Below, in pieces: positions 1 to 11,513 of a stretch of 64,000 nucleotides of DNA. The stretch covers positions 1,120,001-1,184,000 of the forward strand of contig CAXXUO010000001.1 of NCBI GenBank assembly GCA_963666485.2, given 5' to 3'. Source of the DNA: Syntrophorhabdaceae bacterium. GTDB taxonomy: Bacteria > Desulfobacterota > Syntrophorhabdia > Syntrophorhabdales > Syntrophorhabdaceae. A program made the translations under genes and the position numbers. Numbering within the stretch: the first letter of the stretch is position 1; the number at the start of each line of letters is the position of its first letter. The notes under the pieces are model-generated. The model searched no databases. It was given only the letters and a program-made list of their open reading frames with translations, and was not told where the DNA came from.

Positions 1-1082
1 ATTTTTGCCTCGTAATTCTCACGCTCCCTCTGCTCGAGCTGTTTGGCGGCACTGTTGAGAACGACGGCCAGTTCGTCGAGTTCGTCCCCTACCCGGGGTA
101 TGTCGATCTTTGAGAAGTCGCCCAGGCCAAATTTTCGCGATGCCCGCCGCATTATATCGAATCGTTTCCCGATAGTTAATCTGCTGAACGCCCATGCGAT
201 CACCAGGATAGCCAGGAAAGATGCCAGGAGAAGCCCGATGCCCGCAATAAATTCCCTGCGTGCCACGGTATTCAATTGGGAAACAGGGACCCCCACACGC
301 ATATAGAGAAAAGGCCGGTCTTCCGCGGGGAGCGTGAACGTCCTGTAGGCGTAAAACCGTTTTGTCCCGTCAACGCCCGTCTCCAGGAAGGTGCCCGAGG
401 CGGCAGGGCCGCTCATATGGCCCATCATGCTCCCGAGGTCCTGCCGGCCGGTATAATTTTGAGTATCAGGGTAACGGTACAGCCTTTTTCCGGCGTGATC
501 GGTAAGGGCTATGATCGAACCTTCGGGGAGTTTTGCGATGGAAATCAGCTCGCCATACGTGTCAAGCTCGATGGCTGCAACGAGGACCCCCACCGCGTCA
601 CCCCGGCTGTTTAATACAGGGTATGCAAAGTGGAGGCGGGGCCTTCCGTATGTCGCGCCCAGGACGAATTCCCCGACAGAGAATTTCTTCTTCGTCATGG
701 CGTCCCGAAAGTATTTCCTTTCACTCAGGTCGACCTTGCGGATGGGAAGGGCCGATGCGATTATCGATCCCGCGGAATTGACGACGTAAATGTTCGCATA
801 TGCGCTCTTTTCTGTCTGGACCTTTTTCAAAAGGTGTGTGGCGGCGGGGATATGCATGATACCGGGCGAATGAGACAGTGTGGAGAGCACCTGCTCGATC
901 CCCATGATCAGGGTCTCGTTCTCGTGGCCTAAGAGATGGACCATCCTTTCCAGCTCGAATTCGGCCTGCGCACGGACATATTCGCCAATCTTCATCCCCA
1001 GGAGGCCAATGACGATGAGGCCGGGAACCGCGCTTATAAGGACAAGCACGACGATCCGGGTTCTTATTGACCGAAACCGCAT
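1..1082 (-). CDS. Membrane sensor with Cache and HAMP domains, partial (C-terminal output domain lies outside the window)
   Basis: Not in the ORF track because it has no stop in the window. Read manually from ATG 1082: MRFRSIRTRIVVLVLISAVPGLIVIGLLG (TM1), Cache-like region (DLSERKYFRDAM, YPVLNSRGDAVGVL), second TM segment, HAMP-like DELDELAVVLN. Confidence 0.8.
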   Translation of the reverse strand, partial: MRFRSIRTRIVVLVLISAVPGLIVIGLLGMKIGEYVRAQAEFELERMVHLLGHENETLIMGIEQVLSTLSHSPGIMHIPAATHLLKKVQTEKSAYANIYVVNSAGSIIASALPIRKVDLSERKYFRDAMTKKKFSVGEFVLGATYGRPRLHFAYPVLNSRGDAVGVLVAAIELDTYGELISIAKLPEGSIIALTDHAGKRLYRYPDTQNYTGRQDLGSMMGHMSGPAASGTFLETGVDGTKRFYAYRTFTLPAEDRPFLYMRVGVPVSQLNTVARREFIAGIGLLLASFLAILVIAWAFSRLTIGKRFDIMRRASRKFGLGDFSKIDIPRVGDELDELAVVLNSAAKQLEQRERENYEAK

Positions 1083-1126
1083 TGTTCATGCCCCCGGGTA
1101 TCGTGATGGATCTTTCGGCATCAGGA

Positions 1127-1573
1127 TCATTCCCGCGCTGTGTTCGCTCTCACTATTGTCCGGCGAGGTGCTCTCTTCGCCGGGTGGAACCCGAGTTTCG
1201 CCAGTTCATCAGCAAGTTTCGCCTTGTGTATCGGTTTTACCAGGTAGCTCTCGCACTGCGCCCTGAATGATCTCATAATGTCCCGGAAATCGTCGAGGGC
1301 CGTGGTCATCATTACCTTGACACCATTCAGGCCCGTTATTCCCCTGCTCTCTTCCATGTTCCTGATCTTTTTGAGGACCTCCTGCCCGTCCATCCTCGGC
1401 ATCATGATGTCGAGGCAGACAAGGTCATAGGGTTGCCGGGAATTGAGGGCATATTCGAAGGCTTCGACGGCCTCTATCCCATCAACGCTCAGGTCGACCT
1501 TCCCATAGCCCGAGAGCATCTTCATCAGGATCTTGGCACTCGTGATGTCATCCTCGGCAATAAGTATTTTCAT
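1127..1573 (-). CDS. Single-domain response regulator (CheY-like receiver)
   Basis: [21 protein letters not shown] (phospho-Asp), TTA, YLVKP. Start trimmed to ATG 1573, behind a GGAAGGGG RBS. Confidence 0.9.
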   Translation of the reverse strand: MKILIAEDDITSAKILMKMLSGYGKVDLSVDGIEAVEAFEYALNSRQPYDLVCLDIMMPRMDGQEVLKKIRNMEESRGITGLNGVKVMMTTALDDFRDIMRSFRAQCESYLVKPIHKAKLADELAKLGFHPAKRAPRRTIVRANTARE

Positions 1574-3140
1574 GAGCCCCTTCCTCCTTTTCATTCAGGG
1601 AATGTGCATTGAAACTGAGGCTGACGTTAAAGGTCGACCCGTTCCTGCCGTCGCTTACGACCCAGACATCGCCCCCCATCATCCGGACAAGCTCCTTGAC
1701 GATGGCCAGTCCGAGGCCTGTCCCGCCGTATTCACGCGTTGTCGAGGGGTCGGCCTGGGTGAATTTCTCGAAAATAATGCCCTGCTTATCTGACGGGATC
1801 CCTATCCCGGTATCCTGCACGGCGAAAAGCACCGGGACCTTGCCGTTCCCGTTCCCGCCCATATCCCGCGAGACCTTTCCATTGATCCGCGAGACCCTTA
1901 CGGAGACGGAGCCTTCCCGTGTGAATTTTATGGCGTTCCCGATGAGATTGAGCAATACCTGCCTTAACCTGACCGGATCGCCCCGAAGTATTTCCGGAAG
2001 TCCGGGATCGATGGCGTATTCGTAGGCGAGGTCCTTCCCGCGTGCCTTTGCCGAGAGAATGTTGACGCTCTCACTGACAACATTGCCCAGGCTGAAGTCT
2101 ATATCCTCGAGTTCGATCTTCTGGGCCTCGATCCTCGAATAATCGAGGATGTTGTTTATCAGCATCAACAGGGTGTTGGCACAACCGCCTATATCGCGGG
2201 CATACTCGGCCTGTTCGTCCGTGAGGTCAGTGTCGAAGAGCAGCTCGCTCATCCCGATGATCCCGTTGAGCGGTGTCCTGATCTCGTGGCTCATGTTCGC
2301 AAGGAACGCACCCTTCATCCTGCTTGCACTCTCCGCCATCTCCTTCGCGCGCCGCATTTCCCGCATGGCTTTTTTCCGCTCCGTCACGTCAAGCAGTGAC
2401 GCGATCAACTGCATTGTCCCCGGTATCCTGTTTATGGTCGCGATAATGTCCCGCAGGGAGCCGTCCCTCACCCTCACGGCGAGCTCCAGCTGTTTCGGCG
2501 AGGCCATGCCGTCATCCATGCAGGTTTTGAAATAACTCTTCATTTCCTCGCAATCCTTGTCGGAAGCAAGGCAGGCCGAAAATGAGGCACCCTCCACCTC
2601 GGGCCTTTTGTACCCGAGGTCCCGTTCAAATTCGCCGTTTACCCGGGACACGATCATATCGGGTTCGATGATGACCGTGGGGTTCCCCGTGTTCTCGAAC
2701 ATTGCCCTGTAGCGCTCCTCGGATGCCCTGAGCTTCAAGTCCATCGCATGGCGATATATGCCGATCTTTATGGCGATATCGAGCTCCTGGTCGTTGAAGG
2801 GCTTCACCAGGTAGCCGTAAGGGGCCGCGGTTTGCGCCCGCTCCACCGTCACGTCGTCTGCGAATGCCGTGAGAAAAATGAACGGTATGTCACGGGTGTT
2901 CTTGATGACGTTTGCCGTTTCGATCCCGTCCATGGTCCCCTTGAGCATGATGTCCATTAAAACGAGGTCCGGTGCCGCGGCATCTATCTTTTCGATCGCC
3001 TCCGGGCCGGACGCCGCGCTTCCGCAGATATGGTATCCAAGGATACCAAGCCTGTTCCTGATATCCATGGCTACTATTTTTTCGTCTTCAACGACGAATA
3101 TTTTCTTCCTGCCGCTTTGAGGAATGTTCTCTGAGATCAT
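1548..3140 (-). CDS. Hybrid histidine kinase (REC-PAS-HisKA-HATPase)
   Basis: N-terminal receiver (VVEDE, LMDIML), PAS-like middle, H-box [16 protein letters not shown]-box [12 protein letters not shown] boxes DTGIG and GGTGLGL. Confidence 0.9.
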   Translation of the reverse strand: MISENIPQSGRKKIFVVEDEKIVAMDIRNRLGILGYHICGSAASGPEAIEKIDAAAPDLVLMDIMLKGTMDGIETANVIKNTRDIPFIFLTAFADDVTVERAQTAAPYGYLVKPFNDQELDIAIKIGIYRHAMDLKLRASEERYRAMFENTGNPTVIIEPDMIVSRVNGEFERDLGYKRPEVEGASFSACLASDKDCEEMKSYFKTCMDDGMASPKQLELAVRVRDGSLRDIIATINRIPGTMQLIASLLDVTERKKAMREMRRAKEMAESASRMKGAFLANMSHEIRTPLNGIIGMSELLFDTDLTDEQAEYARDIGGCANTLLMLINNILDYSRIEAQKIELEDIDFSLGNVVSESVNILSAKARGKDLAYEYAIDPGLPEILRGDPVRLRQVLLNLIGNAIKFTREGSVSVRVSRINGKVSRDMGGNGNGKVPVLFAVQDTGIGIPSDKQGIIFEKFTQADPSTTREYGGTGLGLAIVKELVRMMGGDVWVVSDGRNGSTFNVSLSFNAHSLNEKEEGAHENTYCRG

Positions 3141-3171
3141 GCCGGTCACGCCTTTTATGAAACAGTTAGCA

Positions 3172-3207
3172 TGTGCCCGCCGCCCTCCAAAAAGGGCGGC
3201 GGGCACA
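3172..3207. repeat. Intra-operonic 15-bp GC-rich hairpin between cheW and the hybrid kinase
   Basis: TGTGCCCGCCGCCCT / AGGGCGGCGGGCACA perfect stem. No U-tract on the minus strand, so more likely a stability or pause element than a terminator. Confidence 0.6.
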
Positions 3208-3220
3208 AATTCGCTTTTGT

Positions 3221-3742
3221 CTATACAGCCATCTTCTTGTCTTTGCGGTCCTCCAGGGCGGCGCTCAGTTCCGTCACGAGGTCAATATCCTCCGTGGAGA
3301 AGACCTTGTCGATGTTGAGGATGATAATGAAAGCGTCGTCGCGCTTCCCCATTCCCTTGATGAATTCGGTCTTAAGCTGCGTTCCGATCTTGGGCGCGGG
3401 CTCTATCTGGTCAGGTTCCAGTTCGAAAACCTCCTGGACTGAATCGACAAGCGCGCCTATAATGGTCGTCTCGTTCTCGAACGTCACCTCGACCACGATG
3501 ATGCATGTGTTGATGGTCCTTTCCGTCCGGCTGAGCCCGAACTTGAGGCGCATGTCGAGCACCGGGACGACGCTCCCGCGCAGGTTGATCACCCCTCTCA
3601 TGAATTCAGGGGTCTTCGGGACCTTGGTCACCGTCGTGAATTCCAGTATCTCGCGGACATTTGCCACGTCGAGACCGAAGATCTCCTCGCTCAGTTTAAA
3701 TGTCAGGTACTGCCGTGTCTGTGTTATGCCGGTCACGCTCAT
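3221..3742 (-). CDS. cheW: Chemotaxis coupling protein CheW
   Basis: [46 protein letters not shown]. Confidence 0.95.
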   Translation of the reverse strand: MSVTGITQTRQYLTFKLSEEIFGLDVANVREILEFTTVTKVPKTPEFMRGVINLRGSVVPVLDMRLKFGLSRTERTINTCIIVVEVTFENETTIIGALVDSVQEVFELEPDQIEPAPKIGTQLKTEFIKGMGKRDDAFIIILNIDKVFSTEDIDLVTELSAALEDRKDKKMAV

Positions 3743-3753
3743 GGAGGGCCTCC

Positions 3754-6700
3754 TTAGAATCTCTCGAAGTCGTCGTCGAGATTGTCAGCCATGTCGATGT
3801 TGATGCCCGACCCTGACCACTGACCGTTGCCGTTCCTGCCGTCCTTCTTCGTTTTCTTCCCCGCTGCCGGTTCTGCTTTCGCTTTCGCCATCGCCTTCGG
3901 GGCCGCGTGTGCGTGCTGCATGGGCTTGCGGGCATTGAAATTCCGTGCGCCGGAACCGCTGTTCTCTACCCTGAAGAAAGCTATGGTGTCGAGCAGCTGG
4001 TTCGATTGCCCGGCAAGTTCCTCTGTCGTTGACGCGATCTGCTCCGCGGCGGATGCATTCTGCTGGATGACCTGGTCAAGCTGCTGGATGGCCCGGTTGA
4101 TCTGCTCCGCACCGGAGTTCTGCTCGTTGCAGGCAGCGTTGATCTCCTGGACAAGCTCCGCCGTTTTCTGGATATCCGGTACGATCCGTGTGAGCATCTC
4201 GCCGGCTTTTTCCGCAACGTCGACGCTGCTTGCAGACAGTTTGTTGATCTCGGCTGCAGCCGTCTGGCTTCTTTCCGCCAGCTTTCTTACTTCCGTTGCG
4301 ACAACCGCGAATCCTTTGCCGTGCTCACCGGCGCGCGCTGCTTCGATCGCCGCGTTGAGCGCCAGGAGGTTCGTCTGCCGTGCGATCTCTTCGATGATCG
4401 AGATCTTGTTCGCTATCTCCTTCATTGCCGCTACGGTCTCGGTGACGGCCCTTCCGCCTTCCTGCGCATCACCTGCCGTCTTCTGGGCGATCTTCTCGGT
4501 CTGCTGCGCGTTGTCGGCGTTCTGCTTGATGTTTGAAACCATCTGCTCCATCGAAGAGGAAACCTCTTCGGCGGATGCCGCCTGTGTGGATGCGCCTTCG
4601 GACATCTTCTGCGCACCGCTTGACATCTCCTGGCTTCCCGAGGCGACGTTTTCGGCCGCGCCCTTGACGTCATTGACGACGCCGGTCAGTTTGTCGACCA
4701 TGGAGGCGAGAGCCCTCATGAGTTCATCCTCGGGGGACCTTTCCCTGGCCGTGACGGTCAGGTTGCCGTTGGCTATTTCCTGTGCGAGCTTTGTCACTTC
4801 ATTCATCGCGTCGATCAGGACATTGAGGTTGTTCTTGATAACGTTGTACTGGCCTTTGTACTCATCGGAGATCTTGCCGGGGATATCACCTTTCGATATC
4901 CGTTCCACGTAGTCCGCCGTCACCATGAGCGGGTTGACGATGTTCGTGATCGTGTCGTTGACACCCGACACCAGCTTGTTCCACCCGCCGATGAAGAGGT
5001 CTGCGTTCGCCCTCTGGTCGAGCTGACCGTCCGCAGCCGCCTTGATGATCTTGTCGGTCTGCTGGAGAAGCTCGGTCATCATCTTCACGACCGCGTTGAG
5101 GTTGTTCTTGATAACGTTGTACTGTCCCTTGTAGACGTCGGTGATCTCCGGCGGGATGATGCCCTTCGATACCTTGTCCACGTAATCCGCCGTGACCATG
5201 AGCGGGTTGACGATGTTGGTCACAATTTCGTTGACGCCGAGGACGAGCTTCTTCCATCCTCCGATAAAGAGGTCGGCATCTGCCCGTTTGTCGAGTTCGC
5301 CGTCGGCAGCGGCCGTGATGACCTTGCCGGCCTCGGTGAGCAGGTTGTTCATGATATCGATGCAATTATTGAGGTTGTTCTTGATCTCGTTGAAGTCACC
5401 CTGGTATTCATCAGTGATCCTCTGCGGAATGTCGCCCTTCGAGATCCTGTCCACGTACTCCGCCGCCACGTTGAGAGGCCCGATAACCGCGTCGAGGGTT
5501 TCGTTGACGCCCTGGACGATCTTGCGATAGTCGCCCTGGTGCTTCGATGCGTCGGCCCTTGTCGCGAGCTTGCCTGCGACTGCCGCTTCGACGAGCAGGT
5601 TGGCGTCGGCCACGAGGGCGTTCATATTGTCGATGCAGTTGTTCAGGTTGTTCTTTATTTCGTTAAAATCGCCGTTGTAGGAATCGCTGATCCTCTGCGG
5701 GATGTCGCCCTTCGAGATCCTGTCCACGTACTCCGCCGCCACGTTGAGGGGCCCGATGACCGCATCGAGCGTGTCGTTGACGCCCTCGACGATCTTGCGG
5801 AAGTCTCCCTGGTGTTTCGATGCGTCGGCCCTGGTTGCGAGCTTGCCTTCTACCGCGGCCATCGCCAGTACATTCGCATCGGCCACGAGCAGGTTCACCG
5901 CTTCGATGCAGTTGTTCAGGTTGTTCTTTATTTCGTTAAAATCGCCGTTGTAGGAATCACTGATCGTCTGCGGGATGTCGCCCTTCGAGATCCTGTCCAC
6001 GTACTCCGCCGCCACGTTGAGGGGCCCGATGACCGCATCGAGGGTTTCGTTGAATCCCCGCATGAGTTTCTTGTACACGCCGGCGAGCTGGTCAGCGTCA
6101 GCCCGGGCGTCGAGCTTACCCTGTGTTGCCGCTGTTATCAGGACCCCCGTCTGGTCGACAAGTGTCGATATCGCGTCAATGCAGGTATTGAGGTTGTTCT
6201 TGATCTCGTTGAAATCACCGTTGTACTCGTCCGTGATCTTCTGCGGGATGTCGCCCTTCGAGATCCTGTCCACGTACTCGGCCGCCACGTTGAGAGGCCC
6301 GATGACCGCGTCGAGCGTGTCGTTCACGCCCTCAACGATCTTCCGGTATTCACCCTGGTGCCTCGACGCGTCAGCGCGGGTTGCGAGCTTGCCTTCCACC
6401 GCCGCCTTCGCCAGCATGCCTGTGTCGTTGATGAGGTTGTCGATCGTTTCCAGGCACCCGATGATAGCCGGAAGCAGATGGTCTTCTTCGCTTCTCTTGC
6501 CTACCTTTATCAGCTCGGGCAACTCCTTTGTATCGCCGAGGGCGATCTCGTTGATCTGGCGGGTCACGCCGCGGAGCCGTTCCCTCACCTCGTTGACCGA
6601 TTTTCCGATCGACGCGAAAACCCCCTGGTATACCCCTTCAACACTCTTGCTGTGGTCGTTGAGCGTCATCCTGTGGAGGACCGCGTCGGCCTCGACAAGG

Positions 6701-8073
6701 CCCTGCAGCCCGTCGATACAGTTGTTGAGGTTGTTCTTTATTTCATTGAAATCGCCGTTATATTCATCCGTGATCTTCTGGGGTATCTCGCCCTTCGAGA
6801 TCCGGTCCACGTACTCGGCCGCCACGTTGAGAGGCCCTATGACCGCATCGAGCGTCTCATTGACGCCCTGAACGATCTTCTGGTATTCACCCTGGTGCCT
6901 CGATGCGTCCGCGCGGGTCGCGAGCTTGCCTTCCACGGCCGCTTTTGCCAGCATGCCGGTGTCGTTGATGAGGTTGTCGATCGTTTCCATGCACCCGATA
7001 ACGGCGGGGAGAAGGCGGTCTTCGTCGCTTCTCTTGCCTACCTTTATCAGCTCGGGCAACTCCTTTGTATCGCCGAGGGCGATCTCGTTGATCTGGCGGG
7101 TCACGCCGAGAAGGCGATCCTTGACCTCATTGACGGCTTTCCCGATCGACGCGAAAACTCCCTGGTATACACCTTCAACAGATTTGGTGTGGTCGTTGAG
7201 GGTCATCCTGTGGAGGACCGCGTCGGCCTCGACAAGGCCCTGCAGCCCGTCGATGCAGTTGTTGAGGTTGTTCTTGATCTCGTTAAAATCGCCGTTGTAG
7301 GAATCTGTGATCTTCTGGGGTATCTCGCCCTTCGAGATCCTGTCCACATACTCGGCCGCGACGTTGAGAGGTCCGATGACGGAGTCGAGGGTGTCGTTCA
7401 CGCCCTCAACGATCTTGCGATAGTCGCCCTGGTGCTTCGACGCGTCGGCGCGGGTCGCGAGCTTGCCTTCCACGGCAGCCTGGGCCAGCATGTTGGCATC
7501 CTTTACCAGTTCCTTCAGATTGGTCCGGAGGTTCTCCAGGTTTTCGTTGATAAATGCCTTCTTGCCGGGGAATTTCTCGAGTTCCGCTTCGAAATTGCCC
7601 CGTGCGAATTCGGCGACACACGCCATGGCTTTCTTCTTTACCGATATGTGGCCGTTCACCATGTCGTTGACGCCGCGTGCCATCACCTGGAATTCACCCT
7701 TGAACTTCGCAACATCCATGACGACATCGATGTCGCCGAGGTCGTGCTGCCTGCTCATGTTCGTCATCTCGGTGACAAGGTCGAGAAGGTTCTTCTTGAG
7801 CATGTCCAGCTTCTCGTTGGCCACCGCCTGTTTGCCCGGCAACCTGTCGAGGGATTTTGCAAGGTCGCCCTCGGCATAACTGCCCACGACGTCGAGGATC
7901 CTGACGGCATTGTCCACGTGGAGCTTTGTCACCTGGTTCACGTAATCGGCCATCTGCCTGAATTCGTCATCAAGGCCGGCTGTCGGTATGAAATGATCGA
8001 TATCGCCCGCCTTGTGACTGTCGAGCATCGTTTTGAGCTCGCCCATAAAAATGTCTTTTGCCTTGTTGCCCAT
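3754..8073 (-). CDS. Soluble methyl-accepting chemotaxis protein with a long poly-HAMP array (1439 aa)
   Basis: Signalling tip [40 protein letters not shown]. About 1100 aa of repeated HAMP-like units, no obvious TM segment, C-terminal pentapeptide DFERF. Confidence 0.95.
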   Translation of the reverse strand: MGNKAKDIFMGELKTMLDSHKAGDIDHFIPTAGLDDEFRQMADYVNQVTKLHVDNAVRILDVVGSYAEGDLAKSLDRLPGKQAVANEKLDMLKKNLLDLVTEMTNMSRQHDLGDIDVVMDVAKFKGEFQVMARGVNDMVNGHISVKKKAMACVAEFARGNFEAELEKFPGKKAFINENLENLRTNLKELVKDANMLAQAAVEGKLATRADASKHQGDYRKIVEGVNDTLDSVIGPLNVAAEYVDRISKGEIPQKITDSYNGDFNEIKNNLNNCIDGLQGLVEADAVLHRMTLNDHTKSVEGVYQGVFASIGKAVNEVKDRLLGVTRQINEIALGDTKELPELIKVGKRSDEDRLLPAVIGCMETIDNLINDTGMLAKAAVEGKLATRADASRHQGEYQKIVQGVNETLDAVIGPLNVAAEYVDRISKGEIPQKITDEYNGDFNEIKNNLNNCIDGLQGLVEADAVLHRMTLNDHSKSVEGVYQGVFASIGKSVNEVRERLRGVTRQINEIALGDTKELPELIKVGKRSEEDHLLPAIIGCLETIDNLINDTGMLAKAAVEGKLATRADASRHQGEYRKIVEGVNDTLDAVIGPLNVAAEYVDRISKGDIPQKITDEYNGDFNEIKNNLNTCIDAISTLVDQTGVLITAATQGKLDARADADQLAGVYKKLMRGFNETLDAVIGPLNVAAEYVDRISKGDIPQTISDSYNGDFNEIKNNLNNCIEAVNLLVADANVLAMAAVEGKLATRADASKHQGDFRKIVEGVNDTLDAVIGPLNVAAEYVDRISKGDIPQRISDSYNGDFNEIKNNLNNCIDNMNALVADANLLVEAAVAGKLATRADASKHQGDYRKIVQGVNETLDAVIGPLNVAAEYVDRISKGDIPQRITDEYQGDFNEIKNNLNNCIDIMNNLLTEAGKVITAAADGELDKRADADLFIGGWKKLVLGVNEIVTNIVNPLMVTADYVDKVSKGIIPPEITDVYKGQYNVIKNNLNAVVKMMTELLQQTDKIIKAAADGQLDQRANADLFIGGWNKLVSGVNDTITNIVNPLMVTADYVERISKGDIPGKISDEYKGQYNVIKNNLNVLIDAMNEVTKLAQEIANGNLTVTARERSPEDELMRALASMVDKLTGVVNDVKGAAENVASGSQEMSSGAQKMSEGASTQAASAEEVSSSMEQMVSNIKQNADNAQQTEKIAQKTAGDAQEGGRAVTETVAAMKEIANKISIIEEIARQTNLLALNAAIEAARAGEHGKGFAVVATEVRKLAERSQTAAAEINKLSASSVDVAEKAGEMLTRIVPDIQKTAELVQEINAACNEQNSGAEQINRAIQQLDQVIQQNASAAEQIASTTEELAGQSNQLLDTIAFFRVENSGSGARNFNARKPMQHAHAAPKAMAKAKAEPAAGKKTKKDGRNGNGQWSGSGINIDMADNLDDDFERF

Positions 8074-8145
8074 ACTATACCCTCCTTCCTTTCTGTATTA
8101 TTTCAAGATCTTTTATCCTGGTTCCGGTAAGCAATGCCTCACCTC

Positions 8146-8748
8146 CTAAAAGCACAATAAACGTGCGGTTTTTACGTTCCTTAAGGTCGTGGAGATCATA
8201 TCAGTGATTCCTTTATTGCTCGGGTGCTCGTGGCCTGCGAACAGGTGCCGGATCTTCAGGCTGCTGAGCAGCTCCAGGGTCTCGACGAATTCCGGCGCAT
8301 ACGTCCCGCCGACCGACAGTATCCGCAGGGATGTATCGCCCGAAAAAAGGACCCCTTCTTCCTCGCAATAGATGCATATAGAATCGCTCGAATGTCCCGG
8401 CGCGTGGATGATACGGCACATGCGATCGGCAATATGGATGAACTGGCCATCGGACAACAACTCGTCAACGTGCGGCCCATCGGAGAATGCATACACCTTC
8501 GGGTGGTAAAGCCTTACGATCTCGGGAAGGTTCCCCATATGGTCGAAGTGGTTGTGCGTGAGGATCACCTGGTCCACGCGCCTTTTCCCCACGCCAGTCG
8601 GTGCCTGCTCGATCGCCTGGAAGACCGAAGGGTCGCTCCCGACATCGATGAGCGTGTTCACGTCCTCCAACCGGCTCCACGTACCGAGCGCCAGGTAGGC
8701 GTTTGAGGAATAGACGGTATTGTCGGGATTGAGCAGCTGCACTTTCAT
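8146..8748 (-). CDS. Metallo-beta-lactamase-fold hydrolase
   Basis: THNHFDH (HxHxDH), PGHS, FSGDT, AGH. ATG 8748 overlaps the cheR stop (ATGA). Confidence 0.85.
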   Translation of the reverse strand: MKVQLLNPDNTVYSSNAYLALGTWSRLEDVNTLIDVGSDPSVFQAIEQAPTGVGKRRVDQVILTHNHFDHMGNLPEIVRLYHPKVYAFSDGPHVDELLSDGQFIHIADRMCRIIHAPGHSSDSICIYCEEEGVLFSGDTSLRILSVGGTYAPEFVETLELLSSLKIRHLFAGHEHPSNKGITDMISTTLRNVKTARLLCF

Positions 8749-9359
8749 TTCACGGCCCCGTTCTTCTTGTGTATCTGGCCGTCTCCGACGACGTGTTCGA
8801 ACAGGGGGCGCATCTCTTCCGGCATCTTCTGTGTCTGCTCGGTCGCAAAATAACCGCCGGCAGTCAGGGCATTGTGAAACATCCTGATGACCTCGATCCT
8901 TTCGCTCTGCTGGAAATGAAGTAGCACGTTCTTGCACATGATGAACGTGAAATCGCTGCCCACGGGCTTGAGCGACAACAGGTTATGCTTCATGAACTGG
9001 ACGCTTCTCTTGATGGGGTCGATCACCTCGTAAAACCCTTTTTCATCAGCAGGCTTGAAATACTTCTCGAACAGGTCTCTGGGTGCTCTCTGGAGCTCTT
9101 CGTAGCTGTACACACCCTTCCGGATTATTTCGCCGAACGTGTCCTGGTCGTCGATATCCGATGCAACGATCGTGAGGTTCTTGAAGGCAAAATACCCCAT
9201 CTTCTCGGCAAGCATGATGGCGAGTGAGTACGGCTCGGGGCCCATCGCGCAGCCGGCGTCCCAGACCCTGACCTTGCTTCTGCCCATCGAGAAAGGGACG
9301 ACGTGCTTTATCGCGAGCTCGAGTATCTGCATGTCCCTGAAAAAGAAAGTGAACGCCAT
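8745..9359 (-). CDS. cheR: CheR-type methyltransferase, short form without the N-terminal domain
   Basis: FFFRD, RVWDAGCAMGPEPYSLA, ASDID, HNLL, IMCKNVLLHF. ATG 9359 overlaps the cheA stop. Confidence 0.85.
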   Translation of the reverse strand: MAFTFFFRDMQILELAIKHVVPFSMGRSKVRVWDAGCAMGPEPYSLAIMLAEKMGYFAFKNLTIVASDIDDQDTFGEIIRKGVYSYEELQRAPRDLFEKYFKPADEKGFYEVIDPIKRSVQFMKHNLLSLKPVGSDFTFIMCKNVLLHFQQSERIEVIRMFHNALTAGGYFATEQTQKMPEEMRPLFEHVVGDGQIHKKNGAVK

Positions 9360-11509
9360 TAGTGCACCATTCTCCGGGCTTCGTCTATCTCGACGCACTG
9401 GATTATCTTTCCCGCATCCACGATGAGGGCCACGTTGCCGTCACCTAAGATCGTCGCCCCCGATATCCCCTCGACATCCTTGTATATCTTGCCGAGGTTC
9501 TTGATAACGGTCTGATGTTCACCGATCACGTTGTCGACGACGAACCCGACCCGCGAACCGTTCACGCCGGTGACGACTATCTGTTCGATATCCGGCAGCT
9601 CACCGTTTATCTCAAATTCCTTGCGAAGCCTTATATAGGGGACGAGCTCGCCGCGGATCGGGGCCATGTTCCGCCCGTTCGATCTCCTGACGTCCTCCCG
9701 GGTGAGCTCAACGCATTCCTCTACTATGGAGAGCGGCAGTATGTAGCGGTCATCCCCCACCCCGACGAGGAGGCCCTCGATAATGGCGAGCGTGAGCGGC
9801 AGCCTTACCGTCACGGACGTCCCCCTGCCCGGTGCGCTCTCAACCTCGATCGTCCCGCGCAGCGAATCGATGGACCTCTTCACGACATCCATGCCGACGC
9901 CTCTTCCGGAGACGTTGGTCACCTTTGGGGCTGTCGAGAAGCCCGGCATGAAGATAAGCCCGAAGAGTTCTTTATCCGTCATCTCGGCGTTCGGGGCGAT
10001 AAGCCCTCTTTCGATCGCCTTCGACCGGATCGCCTGCGTGTCGAGGCCCTTGCCGTCATCGACTATCGTGATGAGGACACTGGCGCCCGAGTGAATGGCC
10101 GAGAGCTTGATGGTGCCCGCACGGTCTTTTCCCGCGGCCTGCCTGTCGGCCGGTGTCTCGATGCCGTGGTCGATGCTGTTGCGTATGATGTGAACGAGCG
10201 GGTCGTTGAGTTTCTCGATGACCGTCTTGTCGAGCTCTGTCTCGGCGCCTTCCGTGACGAGCTCTATTTCTTTTCCCAGTTCCTGGGACAGGTCACGGAC
10301 GAGGCGCTTGAACCGCCCGAACGTCGTGCCGATGGGCAGCATCCTGATGTTCAGCGTGTTGTCCCTGAGCTCCGATGTAAGCCTTTCGATCTCTTCCGCA
10401 ACGGAGATGAACTCATTGTCTTCCGTCCCGGACGCGATCTGCGTCAGGCGCGCCTGCACGGTGACAAGTTCACCGACAAGGTTCACGAGGATATCCAGTT
10501 TTTCGGCAGGTACGCGGATGCTCGTCGCGCTTTCCTTGTCCTGGCCTGCCTGGCGTGTCATCTTGACCTGGTTTTGCTCCGCCAGGGCCGACATGACCTT
10601 GTCAGGAGAGACGAGGCCTTTTTCGACGAGCATTTCGCCGATCATTTTCTTGTCCCGCAGCACATCATGGAGGTCTTTCTCCGAGATGTCGCCCTTTTCG
10701 ATCAGGATCTGCCCCAGCTTCTTGTATTCCGTATCGCCATCGAAACCCCTGTTATCGATGACATCGATATGTATCTCGGCGCTGTCCTCGATAAATATGA
10801 ATACGTCCCTGATGACATCGACGCTCCTGTCCGTCGTTAAGATGACGTCGAAATAGGCATAGCAGGACTCGGCGTCGAGCTCATCGAGTGAGGGGACCCT
10901 GTCGAGCTGGGCTATCACCCTGCATTCCCCCAGTTCTTTAAGTTCGGACAGAATGCGCAGGGGATTGCTCCCGATCCGGAAGAGATCGGCCCCCGGGATG
11001 AAGCGGATCCGGTATGTAAGGCTTGCCGATTCCGGGTCAGGCGACGTCCCCGGCGCTTCGCCGGGCCCATCCGGGAGCTTTTCTGCAGCGGGGGACCCCG
11101 GTGCACATGCTTCTTCATCGTCTTTTTCCAGGAGCTTCTTGAAGGCTTGAACGATCTCGCCGGCATCGATCTCAAGCTGGGCCTCGTCACCGGGGGCCGG
11201 GTCGAGCATTTTTTTTATCTGGTCCCGCCCTTTGAGCGTTAAGCTGATGAGGTGAGAGGACACGCGCATCTGCCCGGAACGCACCAGGTCAAAGACCGTT
11301 TCTATCTCGTGGGTGAAGTGTGCAATGTCATCGAACCCGAACATCGCACCCGAACCTTTTATAGTGTGCATGGACCTGAAAACGCGGCCCACCAGGTCCA
11401 TATCATCAGGGTTCTCTTCGAGTTCGAGAAGGGCGATCTCGAGGTCCGCAAGGAGTTCCTGGGCCTCTTCCCGGTATGCGTCAGAGTAATTACTGTCAGT
11501 CTTCGTCAT
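9359..11509 (-). CDS. cheA: Chemotaxis histidine kinase CheA
   Basis: Hpt FRSMHTIKGSGAMFG, SIRVPAEKLDILVNLVGELV, HIIRNSIDHGIE, DDGKG, SGRGVGMDVV, C-terminal CheW-like P5 domain. Confidence 0.95.
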   Translation of the reverse strand: MTKTDSNYSDAYREEAQELLADLEIALLELEENPDDMDLVGRVFRSMHTIKGSGAMFGFDDIAHFTHEIETVFDLVRSGQMRVSSHLISLTLKGRDQIKKMLDPAPGDEAQLEIDAGEIVQAFKKLLEKDDEEACAPGSPAAEKLPDGPGEAPGTSPDPESASLTYRIRFIPGADLFRIGSNPLRILSELKELGECRVIAQLDRVPSLDELDAESCYAYFDVILTTDRSVDVIRDVFIFIEDSAEIHIDVIDNRGFDGDTEYKKLGQILIEKGDISEKDLHDVLRDKKMIGEMLVEKGLVSPDKVMSALAEQNQVKMTRQAGQDKESATSIRVPAEKLDILVNLVGELVTVQARLTQIASGTEDNEFISVAEEIERLTSELRDNTLNIRMLPIGTTFGRFKRLVRDLSQELGKEIELVTEGAETELDKTVIEKLNDPLVHIIRNSIDHGIETPADRQAAGKDRAGTIKLSAIHSGASVLITIVDDGKGLDTQAIRSKAIERGLIAPNAEMTDKELFGLIFMPGFSTAPKVTNVSGRGVGMDVVKRSIDSLRGTIEVESAPGRGTSVTVRLPLTLAIIEGLLVGVGDDRYILPLSIVEECVELTREDVRRSNGRNMAPIRGELVPYIRLRKEFEINGELPDIEQIVVTGVNGSRVGFVVDNVIGEHQTVIKNLGKIYKDVEGISGATILGDGNVALIVDAGKIIQCVEIDEARRMVH

Positions 11510-11513
11510 GGCC

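Noticed and set aside
721..1089. 122-aa minus-strand ORF in the track
   Set aside because: Wrong frame. The credible gene starts at ATG 1082 in another frame and runs off the window.
4900..7450. Long direct repeats as a possible CRISPR array or DGR template/variable repeat pair
   Set aside because: The repeats are in-frame coding modules (273 and 537 bp). There are no spacers, no cas genes, no reverse transcriptase, and no evident adenine-specific mismatch pattern.
5539..8130. 863-aa plus-strand ORF and other long antisense ORFs (e.g. 9515-10840, 30784-32358, 60129-61301)
   Set aside because: They are shadows of well-supported genes on the opposite strand, expected from GC-rich codon bias, and show no protein motifs.
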